DNA of 64,000 nt from IMG/VR virus record IMGVR_UViG_3300042892_002922, positions 222,846 through 286,845 of that record; one strand, given 5' to 3'. Position 1 is the stretch's first letter; each line of letters begins with the position of its first letter. A program made the translations under genes and the position numbers. The notes beneath the pieces were generated by a model, which did not search any database, was not told the DNA's origin, and worked only from the letters and a program-made list of their open reading frames with translations. This document shows, piece after piece, positions 39,710 to 49,316 of the stretch. The stretch comes from a virus (taxonomy: Duplodnaviria > Caudoviricetes).

Positions 39710-40197
39710 AAGAAAAAATAAAAGAAATTATTATATTAATAATAGTACTGTTATTGTTAACAGTGTCAGCATTTAGTCAAAATCAGTTTGACGATTACGT
39801 TAACAATTTAAAAGAGAAACCAATTAAATTGACACCACTATCTTCATTTGTTATGAGTTGGTATGGTGTTAAATATAAGTTAGGTGGCAGCACTAAAAGT
39901 GGTATTGATTGTTCACAATTTACCAAGAAATTGTATTGGGAAGTATACGGTAGAAAACTAGGTAACAACTGTGCGGAACAATGGAAACAAACAAAGAGAA
40001 TTGAAAAAGACAGTTTACTTGTCGGTGATATTATATTCTTTAGAAGTACCCAAAGTCCAAGTGGTTGGCATTGTGGATTGTATTTAGGTAACAGTACATT
40101 TGCTCACGCGGCAAATAGAAATGAAGGGGTCAAAATAAGTAGTTTATTCGAACCCCGTTACTTTAAATCATATAAAGGCGCTGGACGCCTTAATTAA
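39706..40197 (+). CDS. NlpC/P60 cell-wall endopeptidase with signal peptide
   Basis: YKLGG...GIDCS, GDIIFF, WHCGLY, FAHA; hydrophobic N terminus. Confidence 0.9.
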   Translation: MKEKIKEIIILIIVLLLLTVSAFSQNQFDDYVNNLKEKPIKLTPLSSFVMSWYGVKYKLGGSTKSGIDCSQFTKKLYWEVYGRKLGNNCAEQWKQTKRIEKDSLLVGDIIFFRSTQSPSGWHCGLYLGNSTFAHAANRNEGVKISSLFEPRYFKSYKGAGRLN

Positions 40198-40325
40198 CGA
40201 CCTTGTCCTTGATATCTTTTTGGTTTTTGAGCTTTTGGACCGTAACCTTTTTTAGCTTTACCTCTACGCTTTTTACCAAAACTAATCTTTATTGAATTGC
40301 TAGAAGAACCTTTTGCCTTTGCCAT
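40194..40325 (-). CDS. 43-aa Lys/Arg/Gly-rich peptide ending KRYQGQGR
   Basis: Translated by hand; TATTTAT upstream on the same strand. Confidence 0.6.
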   Translation of the reverse strand: MAKAKGSSSNSIKISFGKKRRGKAKKGYGPKAQKPKRYQGQGR

Positions 40326-40340
40326 AATACATTTTTAAAA

Positions 40341-40347
40341 ATAAATA
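40341..40347 (-). promoter_or_regulatory. TATTTAT motif, candidate late promoter
   Basis: 15 nt before ATG 40325 on the minus strand. Confidence 0.4.
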
Positions 40348-40400
40348 GTTTTTTTTTCTTTTTTTTCATTAATTTTGTTTTAACATCATAAAACACAAAT

Positions 40401-42311
40401 ATGGAGGACGTATTAACACAAAGAATAAATTATGCGGAAATCATACCATATCGCAATTACTGTCGATTAGATGATAAAAAATTAGATAATTTGGGTGTTT
40501 TTAACAATTCGTTAGATTCCCTAGACGATGATGTTTTTGAATCAGCAATTAGTAAAGCAACTAAAATTATTAATGGGGGTGGTGATGATAGATGGAGTCA
40601 TATTTTACCCAGTAAAACGGTTGGTCGAATTGTTGATTTACCTGAAAAAAGAGGTAAAAGAAAAGTCAATTTTTTCACTAGTAGTTTAGTTGGTTTAGAA
40701 GAAAGAATAGAAATAAACTACGCCGGGAAACTAGGGAATACATCTTTTTTTACAACAAAAAATAGGCACATTGTTGACCATTTTGCAAATTCTTTTTCAG
40801 AAATTGTAATCCATACGTTTGAACGTTCTATTAGATTACACGGCGAAAAAATTACTATAAAAATATATCATCAAATTAAAAGTCGGAGGTTTAACAACAT
40901 CTACTTTAAGAAAAGTTTTTATGTTTACTCTATAACTTTTAATATTAGAACCGGAAATTTTACAACTTTGATAATGCAAAAAAGTGCAAAGATTAGTAGT
41001 AAACAATTTAGAACTAATTGTTTTTTTTCTTTACATTCAATTTTATCAAAAGATAATGGACTCATATCTAATCATAATAGCTATGACAAAATGATTGAAC
41101 ATAAAACAAAAACCGAAATTCTTCAAAAACTTGACAACAAAATATTTTGCCAAAAGATTAATGAGGTTCTTGACTTAGGTTCACCGAACCCCGAATCCTG
41201 GATAAAAAATAATGATGATTTAATTAAAAGGGTCATTGAAAAATTTGTGTTAGTTAAAAAAATAAAAGTACCAAACGATTATCAAAAACTTTTAATTTCT
41301 TCGTACCCGACCGAAAAGTATTTAAAAAAGAATGATAGAAAATTAGTGGCATCAGTCCTTGATTTATTTAAAATAAAATCAAAAATAACAATTAAAATTC
41401 TACATTTAAATCCCAATATTCGCGTTGATTTGTTAGCTAATTTATGTTTTCTATTTGGTAAAGATTTTTCAAAATACGTTGCAAACATAGTTGATGAATT
41501 TTTTATGGATTCAAATCTTCACAGGGTTAGAAATTTACACACACCCATTTCAAAAGTAAAACCTAGTACTCAATTTGATTATGGAGTGTTTAATCTTTTT
41601 GACATTGAAAAGGAAAACTTAGTTAAACTTTTAAACACTAAACCAGAAGATGATATATCTGATACTATCGATTTAATTAATGACCATTTTAATATGATTA
41701 AAAAGGTTAGAGATTATGTACCAGAGACATCTCTTAAAGCAAAAAATTGGAATGACTTTAGGGCTGAACACAGTGAGTTGACTAAAATAATTAGCACCAT
41801 TAAAAAGGGTTGGGTTATAGAATATCTGTTCAACCCTAAAATGGTTAAAAAAGTTGAAGAAACAATAGTTTCAAGAATGTCTGAGGATAATTTTTATTTA
41901 ATCGAACATTACCCACACATATTAAAACGTGAGGAAGAATATATCGAAGAGGGTAGTCATATGCATCATTGTGTTGCAACTTATGCTGATAAAAACAGAT
42001 CAATAATAATTTCGTTAAGAAATAAAAATGGTACGGATAGGGTAACGTCTGAGTACGATACACAAACTGGCACTTGTTTACAATCAAGATATTATTGCAA
42101 CGCAAAACCGCCTGAAGAATATCTAAATGCGTTAGAAATTCTATCAGAACGTGTTGAGACATTTGCTAGATTAGGGATGCTTCATTCAACCGATATAAAG
42201 AAAGTTCCAGTAATGATAAATGGTGTTGAGGTTACTAGTTTACCAATTCATACTGCTGGTGGTGGTGTTTTCCATATTAACGCGGATATGAGAATTCCTT
42301 TACCATTCTAA
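40401..42311 (+). CDS. PcfJ-like domain protein
   Basis: C-terminal EEGSHMHHCVATY...IISLR...RVTSEY...QSRYYCN. Confidence 0.7.
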   Translation: MEDVLTQRINYAEIIPYRNYCRLDDKKLDNLGVFNNSLDSLDDDVFESAISKATKIINGGGDDRWSHILPSKTVGRIVDLPEKRGKRKVNFFTSSLVGLEERIEINYAGKLGNTSFFTTKNRHIVDHFANSFSEIVIHTFERSIRLHGEKITIKIYHQIKSRRFNNIYFKKSFYVYSITFNIRTGNFTTLIMQKSAKISSKQFRTNCFFSLHSILSKDNGLISNHNSYDKMIEHKTKTEILQKLDNKIFCQKINEVLDLGSPNPESWIKNNDDLIKRVIEKFVLVKKIKVPNDYQKLLISSYPTEKYLKKNDRKLVASVLDLFKIKSKITIKILHLNPNIRVDLLANLCFLFGKDFSKYVANIVDEFFMDSNLHRVRNLHTPISKVKPSTQFDYGVFNLFDIEKENLVKLLNTKPEDDISDTIDLINDHFNMIKKVRDYVPETSLKAKNWNDFRAEHSELTKIISTIKKGWVIEYLFNPKMVKKVEETIVSRMSEDNFYLIEHYPHILKREEEYIEEGSHMHHCVATYADKNRSIIISLRNKNGTDRVTSEYDTQTGTCLQSRYYCNAKPPEEYLNALEILSERVETFARLGMLHSTDIKKVPVMINGVEVTSLPIHTAGGGVFHINADMRIPLPF

Positions 42312-42357
42312 ACCATTTATTTAATTAAATAAATTCCATATACTACACAAAAGACAA

Positions 42358-43773
42358 GTGTTGTATATGGAATTATTGCATCATTATTATCAAGAAAAAA
42401 GAGAAAAGGATCGAGGTCTGTTATCTAGTTGTGAATTAAAAGTAGCAGAAGATTTTGAATATCTGGTTTACGCATCAGAATATCATTGTGAATATGTAAG
42501 GGTAGGGAAAACCAATGCAATAAAATTTATTCACCATTTAACATTGAATAAACTGACGGGTGAGTTTACTGTTACATATCGTATTGATAATGAACACCGT
42601 AACACTAGCGTTTTAAAACGTGCTGGTAATTGGGTTAAGAAAAACAATTTTGAATATCTTAATGAATTAACTGAAAGAGGGTTTTATTTTGGTGAGAAGC
42701 GAATAAACTATTGGGGTGTCAAATATAAGAAAGCTACTTCAGAGATTTTAGATTTATTTTTAAAATCATTAAAAGCTAATATGTCAACATCATATAACCA
42801 GGATAAGGATTACGTTTCGAAACCCTATGTCAACGCACTATATGATTTGATAGTTGATTTCCATTTAAATAAGAAGGGAATAAAACAACATGATGACATT
42901 TATAATGACATTATTTACGACTATCCAAAACCTAAATGGTTGAAAAATAATGAATTTAAGTTTATCCCGGCTGTCTTGGATTCATATGGTATTAAATGTA
43001 AGTACCTTGTTGGTGAATTATCGTTTAGGGTAACTGAACAACCAATCATTATACGTTCATTAAACTTTCTTTGTAAACTGTTTGGCGAAAACTATCTAGA
43101 GTATATTAAACGTTTGAACTGGATGAAAATATGCTCAGAGAAGATAACAGTAAAGAAGGTTTACCCATGTAAAAACGATGCTGAGAAAGAAAGTTTATTA
43201 AACACATTAAATAACTGGGATGAATCGGAGATAATGTTAGATGGTAGATTAAAATCTATAAATGATTTGTTTACTATGAGGTCATTTATAGAAGAAAGGG
43301 GTTATGTTTTAAAGTACAAATCAAAATCAAGCAGAGACACCTCTAATCTTTTAGAAAAATGGGGATTACTAAAGAAACACTTAAAACTTGGATATAAGAT
43401 TAGATATAATGTTCCGGATGATGTTATAATGGATCTTGAACAACCAATAAATTACAATGGTAATGTTTATAAACCAATGTTAATTTTGAGTGAGGATCAA
43501 TTTAAAATTGAAGCGATGACGATGAAAAATTGTATGGCTGGTCAGTTTAATTTAGGGTTTCATTATCTATACATAGCAATGTCATGTGGAAGTAAAAGAG
43601 TTAATGTTCAATACCGAAAAGGTAAATTAGTCCAGGCAAGAGGTAAAACCAACATTGATTTACCATCCGAATTTGAAAGGCCGGTGGAGATTTTAAGTAA
43701 TAGAGTGGTAAAATACGCTGATTTAAGTTGGAAAAGGGAAAAATACGATATCATCAATGGTATAAAAATTTAA
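42358..43773 (+). CDS. PcfJ-like domain protein (paralog of 40401-42311)
   Basis: EAMTMKNCM...QARGKTN; shared PKWLKNN.FKFIPAVLD / PEKYLKKNDRKLVASVLD segment. Confidence 0.65.
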   Translation: MLYMELLHHYYQEKREKDRGLLSSCELKVAEDFEYLVYASEYHCEYVRVGKTNAIKFIHHLTLNKLTGEFTVTYRIDNEHRNTSVLKRAGNWVKKNNFEYLNELTERGFYFGEKRINYWGVKYKKATSEILDLFLKSLKANMSTSYNQDKDYVSKPYVNALYDLIVDFHLNKKGIKQHDDIYNDIIYDYPKPKWLKNNEFKFIPAVLDSYGIKCKYLVGELSFRVTEQPIIIRSLNFLCKLFGENYLEYIKRLNWMKICSEKITVKKVYPCKNDAEKESLLNTLNNWDESEIMLDGRLKSINDLFTMRSFIEERGYVLKYKSKSSRDTSNLLEKWGLLKKHLKLGYKIRYNVPDDVIMDLEQPINYNGNVYKPMLILSEDQFKIEAMTMKNCMAGQFNLGFHYLYIAMSCGSKRVNVQYRKGKLVQARGKTNIDLPSEFERPVEILSNRVVKYADLSWKREKYDIINGIKI

Positions 43774-43799
43774 TATGTTAATAATTTTTTCTTAATATT

Positions 43800-43829
43800 T
43801 TTGTTTTTAATCATTGTTTCGTATATTAG
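43800..43829 (+). promoter_or_regulatory. Bacteroidota-type promoter (TTTG-N18-TATATTAG)
   Basis: Intergenic; near-consensus spacing. Confidence 0.45.
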
Positions 43830-43851
43830 TACCCAGAAACCAATCAAACAT

Positions 43852-43980
43852 ATGGACGCACGAACAAAATTAGAAGAAAAGTACAAAAATTATGAAAGAG
43901 TTAACACTTTTCGAGGGTGGATTAAACACTTTTACTTAGTTTTGCTATCATTATTCATTACAAAAAAATATTATAAATAA
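43852..43980 (+). CDS. Hypothetical protein (42 aa)
   Basis: Translated by hand MDARTKLEEK... Confidence 0.4.
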   Translation: MDARTKLEEKYKNYERVNTFRGWIKHFYLVLLSLFITKKYYK

Positions 43981-44144
43981 TGCAACAGAAAGAATCAAAA
44001 ACAAACACACATTTTTGGATAAGTTTATTCAAAAGTGGATTAAGATTTGGAGCATGTTATTTCTTATTTAACGAACAGTTTGGTAATGCCGCAATATTTT
44101 TCGGATTAGCCGAAGTGTTGGGCATTGCTGAAGAAATCTTTTAA
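43980..44144 (+). CDS. Small membrane protein (54 aa)
   Basis: Translated by hand: HFWISLFKSGLRFGA...AEVLGIAEEIF. Confidence 0.6.
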   Translation: MQQKESKTNTHFWISLFKSGLRFGACYFLFNEQFGNAAIFFGLAEVLGIAEEIF

Positions 44145-44189
44145 TTATGAATTACTTTTTAACACGAGCATTCGTACAAAAACTTAAAT

Positions 44190-44489
44190 ATGAACACAAC
44201 TACAAGACCAACAAACAACCTAAACGCGACAACGTTTCAAGAGTTGAACTTCCAAGCACACCCAGCGGGAATCGGAAAACAATGTATAGTACAATTCTCA
44301 AATGGTTATGGGGCTAGTATTGTACAAGGGCCACACACATATGGTGGATCATCTGGGCTTTACGAGTTAGCTGTATTTGGTAAAAATGGTGAGATTAGTT
44401 ATGAAACACCAATTACCAATGATGTGCTCGGTTACCTTTCAGAACAAGAAGTTGAAAAAACATTATCTGATATAAAAAATCTAGATTAA
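44190..44489 (+). CDS. Conserved phage hypothetical protein
   Basis: FSNGYGASIV...YG...LYELAV. Confidence 0.65.
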   Translation: MNTTTRPTNNLNATTFQELNFQAHPAGIGKQCIVQFSNGYGASIVQGPHTYGGSSGLYELAVFGKNGEISYETPITNDVLGYLSEQEVEKTLSDIKNLD

Positions 44490-44490
44490 A

Positions 44491-44742
44491 ATGACAACTG
44501 AAACTAAATTAAGAGGTGGCATCGCTTTATCCTTATTATGTTTAATCATGATGACATTTGAATATTTTGAGAAAGATAGGGTTTATCAAGAACTTAAAGT
44601 ATCGTCGTCAACACAAATTGATAGTTTACGAGATGAATTAAATGTTCAACACATGATTAATGGAGAACTTTCATATAATTGGGAAATATTACGCGAAATA
44701 AATCCGATTCTTGCGGATAGTATTGATAATCAAACAGAATAA
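44491..44742 (+). CDS. Hypothetical protein with N-terminal TM helix
   Basis: ORF track. Confidence 0.5.
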   Translation: MTTETKLRGGIALSLLCLIMMTFEYFEKDRVYQELKVSSSTQIDSLRDELNVQHMINGELSYNWEILREINPILADSIDNQTE

Positions 44743-44743
44743 T

Positions 44744-45040
44744 ATGGATACAGATTTTCACATTGGTAATGGAAATTACATAAACCTACAAACAAGTAGT
44801 TTAGTTAAATTACAGGAGCAGTTTATAATATACACTGAAGATGGTCCAGTAAAATTAAATGTTGATGTTGTTGCAGATTTTGCAAGCATAGACAAAAAAT
44901 ACCATGAAATATTTTTTAATGTCCTATCTTCTAAATATCTAAATAAGGTTGCCTTTGGGGATAATCCATTCTCTGAATGTAAACCAATTGTTAAAAGAAA
45001 ATGGTGGGAGTTTTGGAAATCAAAATACATTCAATTATGA
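44744..45040 (+). CDS. Hypothetical protein
   Basis: Start moved to ATG 44744; ends KRKWWEFWK. Confidence 0.55.
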   Translation: MDTDFHIGNGNYINLQTSSLVKLQEQFIIYTEDGPVKLNVDVVADFASIDKKYHEIFFNVLSSKYLNKVAFGDNPFSECKPIVKRKWWEFWKSKYIQL

Positions 45041-45186
45041 CAACCGAACAAATTATTGGAACACTTCTTATTATTTTTGGATTTTGGTTTGCCTATGAAA
45101 TTTATCGGGCACCAATGGTTGACGAAAATAACAGAATAACTAAACCAGGTAAAAAACTCAGTGACTTATGGCGAAAGCGACGTTAG
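45037..45186 (+). CDS. Small membrane protein
   Basis: Start moved to ATG 45037; one TM helix. Confidence 0.5.
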   Translation: MTTEQIIGTLLIIFGFWFAYEIYRAPMVDENNRITKPGKKLSDLWRKRR

Positions 45187-45413
45187 AATATGATTTAAAT
45201 GAACCAGATGATGTGTTAGCACATCTAAGAGCGGTCAAATCTTTAGATTTGGCATTGGCTTTATGGGATATTGTACATAACACAAAAAAAGGGTTAGAAT
45301 GGTCAATGGAAGGTAAAGAAATTGACAAATATGACGCCCTAGAATTGGTTTATGAGAAGATACACGAAATATTAGATAACCATAACATCAATACGGACGA
45401 ACTAATTAACTGA
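45168..45413 (+). CDS. Conserved phage hypothetical protein
   Basis: MAKATLEYDL.EPDD pattern. Confidence 0.6.
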   Translation: MAKATLEYDLNEPDDVLAHLRAVKSLDLALALWDIVHNTKKGLEWSMEGKEIDKYDALELVYEKIHEILDNHNINTDELIN

Positions 45414-45420
45414 TATTTAT
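45414..45420 (+). promoter_or_regulatory. TATTTAT motif upstream of iscU
   Basis: Intergenic, 16 nt before ATG 45437. Confidence 0.35.
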
Positions 45421-45436
45421 CATATAAACAAATACT

Positions 45437-45907
45437 ATGGCATACGGAGATAAGGTAATAGACCATTTCAATAACCCACGAAATGTAGGAACTTTGGATA
45501 AAAGTAAATCCAATGTAGGTACGGGATTGGTTGGTGCACCTGAATGTGGTGATGTCATGAGATTACAAATAGAAGTGATTGACAACATCATTGTTGATGC
45601 AAAATTTAAAACCTTCGGATGTGGTTCAGCAATCGCCTCTTCTTCAGTAGCCACTGAATGGTTGAAAGGAAAGAGTATCGATGATGCGTTGACGATTGAT
45701 AACATGGATTTAGTGGAGGAACTATCGTTACCTCCAGTTAAGATACATTGTTCGGTATTAGCTGAAGATGCTATTAAATCCGCAATAAATGACTATAGAA
45801 AGAAGCAAGGATTACAAGAAATTAAATTCGAGGATATCTTTAATGACGAAAAAAGAGAAAGTGTTAAACAGTTTATTTTAGAAAACAAACAAAAAAATAA
45901 GTTATGA
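45437..45907 (+). CDS. iscU: Fe-S cluster scaffold IscU
   Basis: DHFNNPRNVG, GAPECGDVMRLQI, FKTFGCGSAIASSS, LPPVKIHCSVLAEDA. Confidence 0.95.
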   Translation: MAYGDKVIDHFNNPRNVGTLDKSKSNVGTGLVGAPECGDVMRLQIEVIDNIIVDAKFKTFGCGSAIASSSVATEWLKGKSIDDALTIDNMDLVEELSLPPVKIHCSVLAEDAIKSAINDYRKKQGLQEIKFEDIFNDEKRESVKQFILENKQKNKL

Positions 45908-46212
45908 GTTTTATCATTGGTAGGGCTTGTGTTGATTGTATGGATACTGCATGTGCAAATGTGTGTCCTGTTGATTGTATTCACGGACCAATTGATATAG
46001 AGGGTTCAGGTTCGGAAGTTGGGAAACAAGGTAAAGATGCGTTCCCTGGTGGACAACTTTACATAAATCCAGATATATGTATCAATTGTGGTGCATGTGT
46101 ACCTGAATGTCCCGTTAGTGCTATTTATGAGGACGAAGATTTAGCAATAAAAGCAGGTGATGAAGAGTATGTTCATAAGAACTACGAATTCTTTGGTTTA
46201 AAATATAATTAA
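45904..46212 (+). CDS. Dicluster ferredoxin (FdxA-like)
   Basis: CVDCMDTACANVCPVDCI and CINCGACVPECPV. Confidence 0.9.
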   Translation: MSFIIGRACVDCMDTACANVCPVDCIHGPIDIEGSGSEVGKQGKDAFPGGQLYINPDICINCGACVPECPVSAIYEDEDLAIKAGDEEYVHKNYEFFGLKYN

Positions 46213-46213
46213 G

Positions 46214-46543
46214 ATGGTTACAGTATCGGATAAAGCACTTGAACACGTTGTTGAATTAATGATGCAACAGGGAATGACACCAGACACCCATTTTCTTCGT
46301 GTTGGCGTTAAAGGAGGTGGTTGTAGTGGATTATCATATGCGATGGATTTTGATGACACAATCACAGACATGGATGAAGTCGTTGATTTAAACGCGTTGA
46401 AGGTGATTATAGATAAAAAATCGGTTTTATATCTCTACGGTACTGAATTAGATTATTCCGATGGATTAAACGGAAAAGGTTTTAATTGGATTAACCCACA
46501 GGCAAGTCGAACTTGTGGATGTGGAGAAAGTTTCGCTCTTTAA
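46214..46543 (+). CDS. iscA: A-type Fe-S carrier (IscA/HesB)
   Basis: GVKGGGCSGLSY, SDGLNGKGF, NPQASRTCGCGESF. Confidence 0.92.
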   Translation: MVTVSDKALEHVVELMMQQGMTPDTHFLRVGVKGGGCSGLSYAMDFDDTITDMDEVVDLNALKVIIDKKSVLYLYGTELDYSDGLNGKGFNWINPQASRTCGCGESFAL

Positions 46544-46570
46544 TTTTTTTTAACAATAAAACATATCACT

Positions 46571-46759
46571 ATGCTGGATCTTACACCAGATGACATCGAA
46601 ATCAACCCTAAAGAAAGTAATGACACTAAAAAACCCAAACCTCAAGACGTAACATTTTGGGAAAGTTTAGATTATCTAAAAAAGTGTAGAGATATGTTAT
46701 CTATACACGAGGAGAATTACATTAACAACATGGCTTACAAATATAAACACTTAAGATAA
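46571..46759 (+). CDS. Hypothetical protein
   Basis: ORF track. Confidence 0.5.
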   Translation: MLDLTPDDIEINPKESNDTKKPKPQDVTFWESLDYLKKCRDMLSIHEENYINNMAYKYKHLR

Positions 46760-47391
46760 TGAAGGTATTAGAATTATTTGCTGGTAGTAGATCAATAGGT
46801 AAAGCTGCCGAAGAAATTGGTATGGAAGTATTTTCATGTGATCTAATTGATTTTGGTGGTATAAACTATGTCGCAGATATCAGAGAGTTTGATTACTCTA
46901 AAATACCATTTGTGCCAGATGTTATCTGGGCGTCACCACCTTGTACTGGATTTAGTGTTGCAGCTATTGGTCGTAATTGGAATCACGATAAGACACCCAA
47001 GACGGACACCGCTAGATTAGGTATTGAATTGGTAAAAAAAACCATTGAGATTATAAATCATTATAACCCCAAACATTTCTTTATTGAAAACCCAAGAGGT
47101 ATGTTAAGAAAGATGCCGATTATGGAGCAATTCAAAAGACATACTGTCACTTATTGTCAGTATGGTGATGACAGAATGAAACCAACAGACATCTGGACTA
47201 ATAGCGATATATGGGCACCAAAACCAGCGTGTAAAAATGGTGACCCTTGTCACGTTGCAGCACCTAGGGGATCTGTCACAGGAACCCAGGGTTTAAAGGG
47301 TGCATATGAAAGAAGTAAAATTCCTCACGAACTTTGTTCAGAAGTTTTAAAAAGTTGTCTCGTATATGAAAATCAAACATCCGTTAGTTAA
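46759..47391 (+). CDS. Short C5-cytosine DNA methyltransferase
   Basis: LELFAGS (motif I), WASPPC (IV), IENP (VI). Confidence 0.85.
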   Translation: MKVLELFAGSRSIGKAAEEIGMEVFSCDLIDFGGINYVADIREFDYSKIPFVPDVIWASPPCTGFSVAAIGRNWNHDKTPKTDTARLGIELVKKTIEIINHYNPKHFFIENPRGMLRKMPIMEQFKRHTVTYCQYGDDRMKPTDIWTNSDIWAPKPACKNGDPCHVAAPRGSVTGTQGLKGAYERSKIPHELCSEVLKSCLVYENQTSVS

Positions 47392-48049
47392 AGGTAGGGT
47401 TGTTGAAATAAAACCAAGAATATATTGTGTTGAAGTAGATGACAATTATGATAGAGCAATGTTGTTCTGTCGTTATCAAGAGTTCTACGAATCACCATAT
47501 AAAGAATTCAGAGGTAAACCATTCACGTGGATGGAGTATATGCGTTTTTATAAAAATGCGTGGAAGAAAAATGTGTTTACATATCCACATGATTGGGTAG
47601 GTTACAACATACCCAGTAATATTGTTGAAAAAGCTAACAACGTTTTTTACAAAGAAACTGAATACGATGGAATAATGAACGACATTTATTTTCATTGTAC
47701 TATAGATTCACAGAATAAAAACGATGGAACTATGTGTGATTGGTATTTGATTGGTGCAAGTAGTAAGGATGTAAGAACCCTAGACCACGAAATTGCTCAT
47801 GGTTTATACTTCACAAATAAAGAATATAAGAAGTCGGTTGATAAACTTATTAAAACAATTAAATCCAAAAATTACGATTCATTAAGAAAGAAATTAATGA
47901 AAATGGGTTATGCTGATGATAAGAAAATCATCGATGATGAAATTCAAGCATTCATGTCCACTGGATTGTATAATACACTAGATAAAAAATGCTTTCAACA
48001 GTACGAAAAGGTGTTTATGAAGAATTTTAAATTATTTAATAAATCTTAA
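47366..48049 (+). CDS. Hypothetical protein with HExxH motif
   Basis: LDHEIAHG. Confidence 0.55.
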   Translation: MKIKHPLVKGRVVEIKPRIYCVEVDDNYDRAMLFCRYQEFYESPYKEFRGKPFTWMEYMRFYKNAWKKNVFTYPHDWVGYNIPSNIVEKANNVFYKETEYDGIMNDIYFHCTIDSQNKNDGTMCDWYLIGASSKDVRTLDHEIAHGLYFTNKEYKKSVDKLIKTIKSKNYDSLRKKLMKMGYADDKKIIDDEIQAFMSTGLYNTLDKKCFQQYEKVFMKNFKLFNKS

Positions 48050-48095
48050 AAAAATACTATTTTCTTGATATATATGTATTAGAAAAAACATATCA

Positions 48096-48509
48096 ATGCA
48101 AGAAGAGTTCGTTCCTTATCATCAGCACCTGTTACTTAAATGCTGGATAACAAACCCACCAAAAGAGGTTGAGGTTCTTAATAAATGGTTTATCGATTTA
48201 GTACACAAAGTCGGTATGGTTGTTGTCGGTGGACCAACTAGTGTTTATGTGGATTATCCTGGAAATGAAGGTTTGACTGGAACAGTTACATTAGCAACAT
48301 CACATTCATCTATTCACATATGGGACCACTATGAATTACCAATGGCTCAGTTCGACATTTACAGTTGCAAGTGTTTCACGTTAGAAGATGTTTTAAACCA
48401 ATTTAAACCATGGGGTATTGTTAAAGCTGAATGGGTTATGATTGATAGAAACACAAAGCCAACAATAACCCACGAAGGTGTTTGGGTGTGCGGGCCATCC
48501 GATTTATAG
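48096..48509 (+). CDS. speD: Pyruvoyl-dependent S-adenosylmethionine decarboxylase-like proenzyme
   Basis: GLTGTVTLATSHSSIHIW, FDIYSCK. Confidence 0.75.
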   Translation: MQEEFVPYHQHLLLKCWITNPPKEVEVLNKWFIDLVHKVGMVVVGGPTSVYVDYPGNEGLTGTVTLATSHSSIHIWDHYELPMAQFDIYSCKCFTLEDVLNQFKPWGIVKAEWVMIDRNTKPTITHEGVWVCGPSDL

Positions 48510-48561
48510 ATTTATATTGTCTGGTATTTTACGTATCTTTGACATATTAACAAATAAAAAT

Positions 48562-49146
48562 ATGAAAGTTATATTTCTGGATCACGATGGTGTGATTTGT
48601 TTATCGACCGAATGGGGTGGTAGACACAAGAAACAAAAAAAGGTTGGTAGGAAACTAACCCAATCGGTGGAGTCGTTACCTGTCGATGCACGCTTTGATA
48701 ACTTTAATAAAAAAGCTATTGATGTATTAAATGAAATATTGGAAGAAACTAGCGCTGAAATTGTTATCTCATCTGATTGGAAAAGATGGGCCACTGTTGA
48801 GGAGATGGGTGAATATTATGAGTCACAGGGAATCAAAAAGAAACCTATAGCGTTCACTAAGAATTTAGCTGAATGCGATGTTCCTCAAAACTTCATATGG
48901 TCCCGTCAATGGGACCTAGAACAGTCAAGATCCTTAGAGATTAACCAGTACCTACAAGACCATAAAGAAATCACACATTGGGTTGCTGTGGATGACCTGA
49001 ATATGGGTATCCCACAAACACACGATACTTGGGGAGATATGGTTATGGACTGGGGATTAACTAACTTCGTGTTAACACCAAAAAGTATTGAAGGAATTAA
49101 ACAAACAGGAATTAAAGATAAAATTTTAAACTTTTTAAACAATTAA
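48562..49146 (+). CDS. HAD-family protein (Swiss-army-knife RNA-repair-like)
   Basis: KVIFLDHDGVI, VISSDW, VAVDD; start moved to ATG 48562. Confidence 0.75.
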   Translation: MKVIFLDHDGVICLSTEWGGRHKKQKKVGRKLTQSVESLPVDARFDNFNKKAIDVLNEILEETSAEIVISSDWKRWATVEEMGEYYESQGIKKKPIAFTKNLAECDVPQNFIWSRQWDLEQSRSLEINQYLQDHKEITHWVAVDDLNMGIPQTHDTWGDMVMDWGLTNFVLTPKSIEGIKQTGIKDKILNFLNN

Positions 49147-49151
49147 ATTAT

Positions 49152-49316
49152 ATGGAATATATTCTACCATTTGCTATTATGTTTATCATCGTCGGGTTCA
49201 TCTCTTGGAGATGGGTTGTCGGTATTGACTATATGAAAGAAAACCATCCCGATTATAAGGGAGAAGATTTTTTAAATTGGGGTGATGACGATAATGACAA
49301 GAATCAAATCATGTAA
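49152..49316 (+). CDS. Small membrane protein (54 aa)
   Basis: Translated by hand MEYILPFAIM...HPDYKGEDF. Confidence 0.55.
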   Translation: MEYILPFAIMFIIVGFISWRWVVGIDYMKENHPDYKGEDFLNWGDDDNDKNQIM

